A stretch of DNA of 64,000 nt from positions 47,626 through 111,625 of IMG/VR virus record IMGVR_UViG_3300031992_004562; one strand, given 5' to 3'. A model generated the notes under the pieces. The model was not told where the DNA came from, ran no database searches, and was given only the letters and a program-made list of their open reading frames with translations. The translations under genes and the position numbers were made by a program. This DNA is from a virus. Lineage: Duplodnaviria; Caudoviricetes. Below are positions 57,382 through 64,000 of the stretch, one piece after another (position 1 is the stretch's first letter; each line of letters opens with the position of its first letter).

Positions 57382-57960
57382 ATGGAAAACAAAAATTTAG
57401 AATTAGATGCTTTAATTATGGAGCATGGACAAGAATTTGATAGCAATATTAATAAGATTATTAAATCTGAAGAATTATTTGCTAATATGAATAATCTTGC
57501 ATATGAAGATGCACATATCATTCCTGGTGGAAATGCAGTTATGCCAACATCTGAAGAGGTTGCATTAGATAAAGACGGTGCAGAAGAGAATTTAATTCAA
57601 AATGCTGCTATGCTTAAACTTGCTAAGGAACAAGATGAATATAGAAAAATGACAGATGATGAAAAAGTAAAGGATTATATTTGTCAAGCTCAATATTATA
57701 AAGAAACAAATGATTTTTATCATAAATATGGTTATGAAATGTCTGGCAAACAAAAAAGATTCACTAAACGTGCAATTGAAACTGCTTGGAAAAAAGGTAG
57801 GTTTAAAGTTACGCCAGAACAAAGAGAAGATATTTTGTATGAATTGAGCAAAGCTTCTCATCAACAAAGACAAATTCAAGCAGCTGATACACAAAATATA
57901 AATAATTCAAATATATCAGAGCATATTAATGATTTGAATTCATTGATTTTTAGACAATAA
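57382..57960 (+). CDS. Hypothetical protein
   Basis: 192 aa ORF. Confidence 0.75.
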   Translation: MENKNLELDALIMEHGQEFDSNINKIIKSEELFANMNNLAYEDAHIIPGGNAVMPTSEEVALDKDGAEENLIQNAAMLKLAKEQDEYRKMTDDEKVKDYICQAQYYKETNDFYHKYGYEMSGKQKRFTKRAIETAWKKGRFKVTPEQREDILYELSKASHQQRQIQAADTQNINNSNISEHINDLNSLIFRQ

Positions 57961-58038
57961 AACATAATTTTTTATAATTTTAATTTAAAGGGTTGACTAA
58001 ATTAATAGCCAACCCTCAATTTTTATATGTATAATAAA

Positions 58039-60270
58039 TTAAATAATATTGTTATTAATAACTGCCTATGTTTGAGCATCAATATATGATTCTAATAATT
58101 GAATTCGTGCTTCCAAATCTTCAATTTTTGTTTGTAGTGTAACAGTATATGTATTTTCACCATTTGCAGAACGATCTTCATACGCAATATTGTCAGCTGT
58201 ATGGTGGCAATAAACACCAGATACAGAATTTTCATTTGCAATAGAGTCATTCATATGTGCAACTAAACCAAGTTGATTTAAATCTTGACGAATTGCAATA
58301 TGTAATGCATCATCATTAACTTCCTAAACTAAATCTGCCATTGCATTTCTAGTTGTTAAATTACTTGGGAATGAAATAATAATAGGTTCTGACCAATCTG
58401 ATTTTAATGGATTATCAGGATAGCCTGCTTCAGAAATTGTTCTTACTTTAATTTCAACTTTTTCACCTTTTGTTATAGGGATATCAATTTGATTAATATT
58501 AATTTCAGAGCCATCTGCAACATTTTCAGATTTCCAATCAAACATTTCAGTTTCAGAATTCCATATGCGTTGCTTTAATGCACTTTGTGTACAAATCCAA
58601 TCTGTAAATGTTCCAGTAACTATAGTGTTATTAGTACTATCTTTATAATTAAATGTATTTAATTGTACACCTGTATTATCTTCACAGATATAACGGTATG
58701 CAATATCAAAACCAATTACTTCTTCAACTAATGTTTCTGTATCATCTCTAAATCTTGGTTGTGGTAATGGGAAGAATCCTCTAATATGATATTTAGGATC
58801 TTCTACAACTGCTTGATTTTCTTGAACAGATGATTGGAATCTTTTTACTAATGATGAGTATTCAGTTTGTTGAATCTCTAAGTTTTTAGTATTAGTTGCA
58901 ATTTCATCTTGGGCTTTATTATAGTCAACTGTTGATTTAATATTAATTAAGTTAGATTTTTGAGATGCAATTGTCTTTTGTAATGATTCAATAAGTGTTC
59001 TTGTTGATTCAATATCAGCTGCAAGATTTTTAAGGTCAGCATTATTTAATGCAGCATTAACCTATGTATTAATCTAAACAACTCTTAAATCTGTAGCCGC
59101 AATCATTGGCGCATTTGGTTTATGACCATAAAATGCATCAACTCTGCGTTCTTTTGATTCTGCAATCCATTTAGCGCCCCAGTCTGATACAAATGTTGCA
59201 TAATATTTTTTCAAATCAACATTGATATCATTTACATTTAATAATTCATCTGTAGAGAATTGAATTGGATCTGACCAATCATCAGAAAGAAGATTAAATG
59301 CTTCATTGACACCTTTAATATAAATAATGTCATATTCATGAGCACCAATTCTTACATTAATAACTTTACTTCTAAATGGATCTTGATATATTCTAAAAAT
59401 AGAATAAACACCTGGGAATGCTGCACCACTTACAATTTTTAATCTTACTTTATTTTCATTTTGATTAACTTCAATAACAGAGAATAATGAATCATTATAT
59501 GCAAGTCTATCACCAACTGAAAGAATATTATTTCTTCCTTGTTCTGTTCCATTTTCATCTATTGTTTGATATATTAATGTATCAAATGTATACCATGTAT
59601 TTCCATTAATAATTTCTGGATCATACATTACTTGGAAATTTCCAGAAACGGTGTTGCTTATTAAAGGCAATTGAATTTCTTCAATATCTTCAGAATATTG
59701 AATACTATTATATGCTAATACAGATTTTAATGAAACATAATCATATGTATTATTCGCTAAAATATTGCCCCAGAATTGTTGAACTGTTTCATTTTTAGAA
59801 TCCAATATAATTCTAGATATCTTAACTCTATCTGCAGAATCCTCAATTTGAGATGTCAAATCTAATGAAACTGTTAATCCTGGAAACATTAAATCTTCAA
59901 AAAACCAATTACTATCAATATTAAATGTTGTTGGTGTTTCTACACCTGTAATTCTATTTGGTGTTTCTGGAAGTGCAGTTAAAACAATTTGTCTGCGCGA
60001 TCCATCATTTAAAGATAATGTTGAACGGCCAGCAGATAAATTTGACATATTTCTTTCTAATGCCTTTAATCTATTATTAATGCTTGTATAACTTGGTAAT
60101 TGATATCTTACAATAGAGCTATCTTTTAAATTTTCATAATCATATTGAACAATTGTGTCCTTTGTTGAGATAGCTTTCTAAATAGATTCCAATAATGATA
60201 ATGCATTAGTTTGTGCAGTTATGGTTTTTCTCATATTTTCTGCAAAACTATTAATGTTATTACTACTCAT
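58039..60270 (-). CDS. Putative structural protein with coiled coil, code 15
   Basis: ATG 60270; fragments in one frame to TAA 58039 (743 aa). Confidence 0.75.
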
Positions 60271-60368
60271 ATTAAATTAAAAATATAACATTTACTATTT
60301 TTTTATTTATTTTCAAAAATAGACCATTCAAAAATACACAATAAATAATAAAACGATATATTTAATAT

Positions 60369-62816
60369 ATGGCAGAAAATGTTTTTTCATCCGCATAGGA
60401 AAATACATATTAGAGTGTTTCATCAACATATGATACAAGTGATACATCTGTAAATGAAACACATACTAGAATATACGAGTATATGGCATCAACAATTAAA
60501 TTAGATGAAATGTCAATTCCATTAATTGATAATATTGACTCTAATTCAACTATTGATGCATCTACAAATTAGCATAAAGATGCAGTTGAAAGTAATGCCA
60601 ATTCAAATGTATTTGAAACTAAAGGAAACACTTCTCCATCAAAAGCGATGGCTATAGGTTTTACATATCCATTATTACGAATAAATGACCACTATTATAC
60701 AAATAATGATATTGTGTATTTTTCATTAGAAACGACAGGATTTATACCAACAATTATGGTTAAACTTGAATGTTCATATAATGATATATTAAAAGCAAAT
60801 TCAATTAAAGATGGCGATAAATGCTCAGTATTTATAAATCCTGGTCATGGAACAATTAAATCTTATAGAGGCGATTTCTAGATAACATAGGTGAAAGTTT
60901 CAAAAATGGATCAATTTAAAATTCAATCAAAAATTTCTATAAAATTTATTGGTGAATTGTTTATTCCAACAATATATGATGCTACATAGACATTTGCATT
61001 TTCAGGAACATCAAGAGATGCATTAATAGATGCAGCAGAAAAACTTGGTTTAGGATTCTTCTTTAGTGATCCTGAAAATACAAATGATCCACAAATGTGG
61101 TATAGTATGTCAGATGGAGAACAAAAATCTGAATATTTAGAAATGTCTCCAGCAATTGAATACATTCAAAATACAGCAAAACATGCATATAAAAACTTTG
61201 AATCATTTTATGATTGTTGGATCGATCCTCGTTATGCAATAACATTTATTAATGTGGCACAAATGCTTGGTGGCGCCGGTTTAGATGAACCAATTGATTT
61301 AGCATTATATAATTCAACAATTGCAATGGGTAGAAGTGCAGATGCTGAAAATAGAGAATCATCAGATGAAGAAAAGTCTAAAAAACCACGTCCATAGGTT
61401 AAATTATTAACAAATCTTGGTGAAGATGAATCAGCATTAACATCATTTTTAGTAACAAGTTATTCAGAAAATAATGATGGCTCAATAACAAATAAATTAG
61501 GATTATCAAATGCAAATTATTATAGCATTAAAAATACAGGAATTCAAAAAGTTGAAGATAATGCAATTGAAATGAATTTATCTATTCCTGTTAATGCAGA
61601 CAAATTAAAACACGGATTTTATATAATGGCTGGGCCTGGACAAAATCTAACATACACTGAAGGACAAAATGGATCATTTGCTGATTAGCATAAATCTGTT
61701 CAAGGTGGATAGATTGCTGAGACACAATCTGACAATGATGCATAGGATATTCTTGAGTCTGGAAATAATATGTTAGCTTCAGGAAATACTAATAAATTTT
61801 ATGAAACAGCAGATGGACATAATTTATTATGTAATATGTGGTTAAGAAAGAAAACTATTTCTGTTACATTAAATGGATGTAACTTATAGGTAATGAGAGG
61901 TGAAAAAATTCCAATGTTATTAAGAGATAATTTTAATCCAGCAACAACATATGCATAGGCAAAAGATGATAATCAAATGACATATCAAAAAATAATTGCA
62001 TCTGGTACAGGTTGGTTTATTATTAAAGACCTTAAATGGATTTATGATATAAATCATATGCAAAAAGGAACAGCATGGAGAACAGAATTAACATTAACTA
62101 GACGTGAATGGCCAATTCCTGATTGGGTTAAAGATGGCGGTGCAGAAAAAGAAGCAAATAAAAATGGAATAGTTGTTGAAAATGATATATCATCTGGCTC
62201 AATAAAAGAAGGCGCATATAATCAACAAACTTATGCTAAACAACAATAGAATGATGCAACAAATGCTTCAGAACAAGAAACACCAACAACTGGTTTAAAT
62301 CAATATTTGGTAAATATCTACAATGAAATTAAATAGGCTGTAGGTGCAGGTGGCGGTAAAATAGTTCTAGTTTCTGGTAGACGTTGGCCAGTTGATGAAA
62401 ATGATAATGTAGTTGGAACACCTGTTGTATAGGATGGAAATCTTTGGAAATTTAAAAATTCAAAAGGTGATATAGTTTGGTATAGTTCAAAAACATCACC
62501 TCATTCAACAGGTGATGCAATGGATATTATAAATGGTGAAGGAACAACATTTGAAAAAGTTTTGGAATATATTGTATCAGATGATAAAATTTTATATGAT
62601 ATGATAACAAATGGTGTTTATCTTGGTCAGGAAGTTGCAGATGAAGGCTCAAGTGGAATTAAGCATTATCATATAGGAAAGGTTGATAAATCTAATTCTG
62701 ATACATATAAAGCATAGGCTGGTTGGTGGAACCAAGTTTCTAGATATAAAAAATCTATTAAATCAAATGGCCATGAGGTTCAAGTAGGCCAATATTTGGC
62801 ATATTCAAACAAATAA
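60369..62816 (+). CDS. Baseplate hub-like protein fused to C-terminal peptidase M15-like domain, code 15
   Basis: 815 aa TAG-rich frame; GWFIIKDL..TELTLTRREW; SGRR..SPHSTGDAMDI..HYH Zn motif. Confidence 0.7.
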
Positions 62817-62838
62817 TTATTTTTGAATATAATATTAT

Positions 62839-63318
62839 ATGGTAATAGACATTTATAGTGGAGGCAAATATCCAGCAAACATATTATCCAATTTTGCATA
62901 TCACCCATTTGAATTTAGAGGATTTAAAATAAATTCAATGGAGGGTTTAATTGCTGGATTAACATATAAAGATCCAATAGAACAGATGCGAATATTTCTA
63001 TTACATGGCATAGAAGCAAAAAATGCAACTAAACCATGGGAAATGGCCGGCAAAGTTTATTGGCAAGGCACTCCTATAAATAGATGTTCTCAAGATTATC
63101 AAGATTTATTTGATGAAGCATATAATGCATTATATACAAATGCAGATTTTAGAAAAGCCCTTGATTCAACTAAGGGAAATGAAATAAAACATACGATGGG
63201 ATGCAAAGATAGAATGAGAACATTATTAACAGAAAAAGAATTTGTTGATAGATTAATAAGATTAAGAGATACTGGACAAAGTAAAGAAATTAAAATTTCA
63301 CATGATGAATTATTTTAA
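62839..63318 (+). CDS. NADAR-family protein (T4 gp30.3-like)
   Basis: LSNFAYHPF..SMEG..YWQG..FRKAL..T.LTEKEF. Confidence 0.8.
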   Translation: MVIDIYSGGKYPANILSNFAYHPFEFRGFKINSMEGLIAGLTYKDPIEQMRIFLLHGIEAKNATKPWEMAGKVYWQGTPINRCSQDYQDLFDEAYNALYTNADFRKALDSTKGNEIKHTMGCKDRMRTLLTEKEFVDRLIRLRDTGQSKEIKISHDELF

Positions 63319-63322
63319 ATAA

Positions 63323-63352
63323 AAAAGACTGAACCTAAAAGATTCAGTCTTT
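63323..63352. terminator. Bidirectional terminator
   Basis: AAGACTGAA/TTCAGTCTT inverted repeat. Confidence 0.7.
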
Positions 63353-63376
63353 ATTTTTAAATTCTTTAAGGGGGGA

Positions 63377-64000
63377 TTAAAGAATTGCTTCATCAAATGT
63401 ATCAGCCCATAATTGGAATGAGAAACCTTGCCAAATACTACCATTATCATAAGATAATTGTGGATTTGGAATTGGTGCCATTGGGAATAAGTTGTAACAA
63501 ATCCATTGATGAATTGGCTTACCTTCTTTATCGTGAAGAAGAATTGTCATTGCTTTTGCAGTGTAATTCTTTTTGATATTCATCTTACCAGTTAATGGAT
63601 CATATGTTAAATCACTCCAACGACGTAAGAATTTGTAAGTATAGTTATCATTGGTACCATCTGCATTACGTTTAACATTTAATTCAAATGTCATTGTAAG
63701 CTCTAAGTGAGTTTTAGTTGGAGCGCCTCCAGCGAAACCACGATCAGAGTATTTATACTTTTGAGTAGCAGTACCAACACCAGGTTGTGTATCAAGACCA
63801 TTGATTGATCTTAAACCTTCTAATACGATATTTACATCATCTTGGTTATAACCCTATGCTATCATACCATCAGGAAGATCGCTAGCCAATATTTGAGCAG
63901 TAAACAAATTCAAATATATAGGCTCATCTAAATCCATTGATCTTTTTGATGATGTAAAATGACCCCATCTATTGAGTCCTTCACTATTTAATCCTGCCAT
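63377..64000 (-). CDS. Tail tube protein (T4 gp19-like), code 15
   Basis: ATG at 64000, one TAG; EPIY.NLF, LRRWSDLTYDPLTG, YNLFP, LWAD. Confidence 0.75.

Noticed and set aside
37008-64000. Apparent mass pseudogenisation of structural genes
   Set aside because: Every break I traced is an in-frame TAG with the frame preserved; recoding explains it
1-64000. Reverse transcriptase, DGR template repeat, CRISPR array, integrase or intron
   Set aside because: None recognisable in this window, so the DGR suggestion rests only on the target signature

Overview
A very AT-rich (roughly 25% GC by eye) 64 kb segment of a T4-like jumbo/megaphage, most consistent with a Lak-type phage of Prevotella/Bacteroidales. 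It uses genetic code 15 (TAG = Gln). The supplied ORF track fragments many genes at in-frame TAGs; reading TAG as Gln restores about 27 complete genes ending in TAA/TGA, and an amber (CUA) suppressor tRNA sits at 25931-26003. Replication and metabolism genes: topoisomerase II subunits, ThyX, 5'-3' exonuclease, Rnl2-like RNA ligase, RlaP-like nucleotidyltransferase, adenine MTase, Glf with a DUF616 glycosyltransferase, NADAR. Structural and lysis genes: gp6- and gp25-like baseplate, hub-M15 peptidase fusion, tape measure-like protein, tail tube, amidase, plus a gp55-like late sigma factor. Most notable: (1) two families of portable leader peptides (ILEAVNRGIQLALDDFED and LYESIMxxVAKEVKKALNE) fused to unrelated cargo domains, one family with an amber codon fixed inside the leader and one member with a DGR-like variable region; (2) a possible positive-feedback loop between the suppressor tRNA and the TAG-containing late sigma factor; (3) three promoter classes that track TAG content; (4) a candidate +1 frameshift, a sigma-54-like promoter and a candidate structured RNA. 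All product calls come from motif recognition by eye; no database searches were run.
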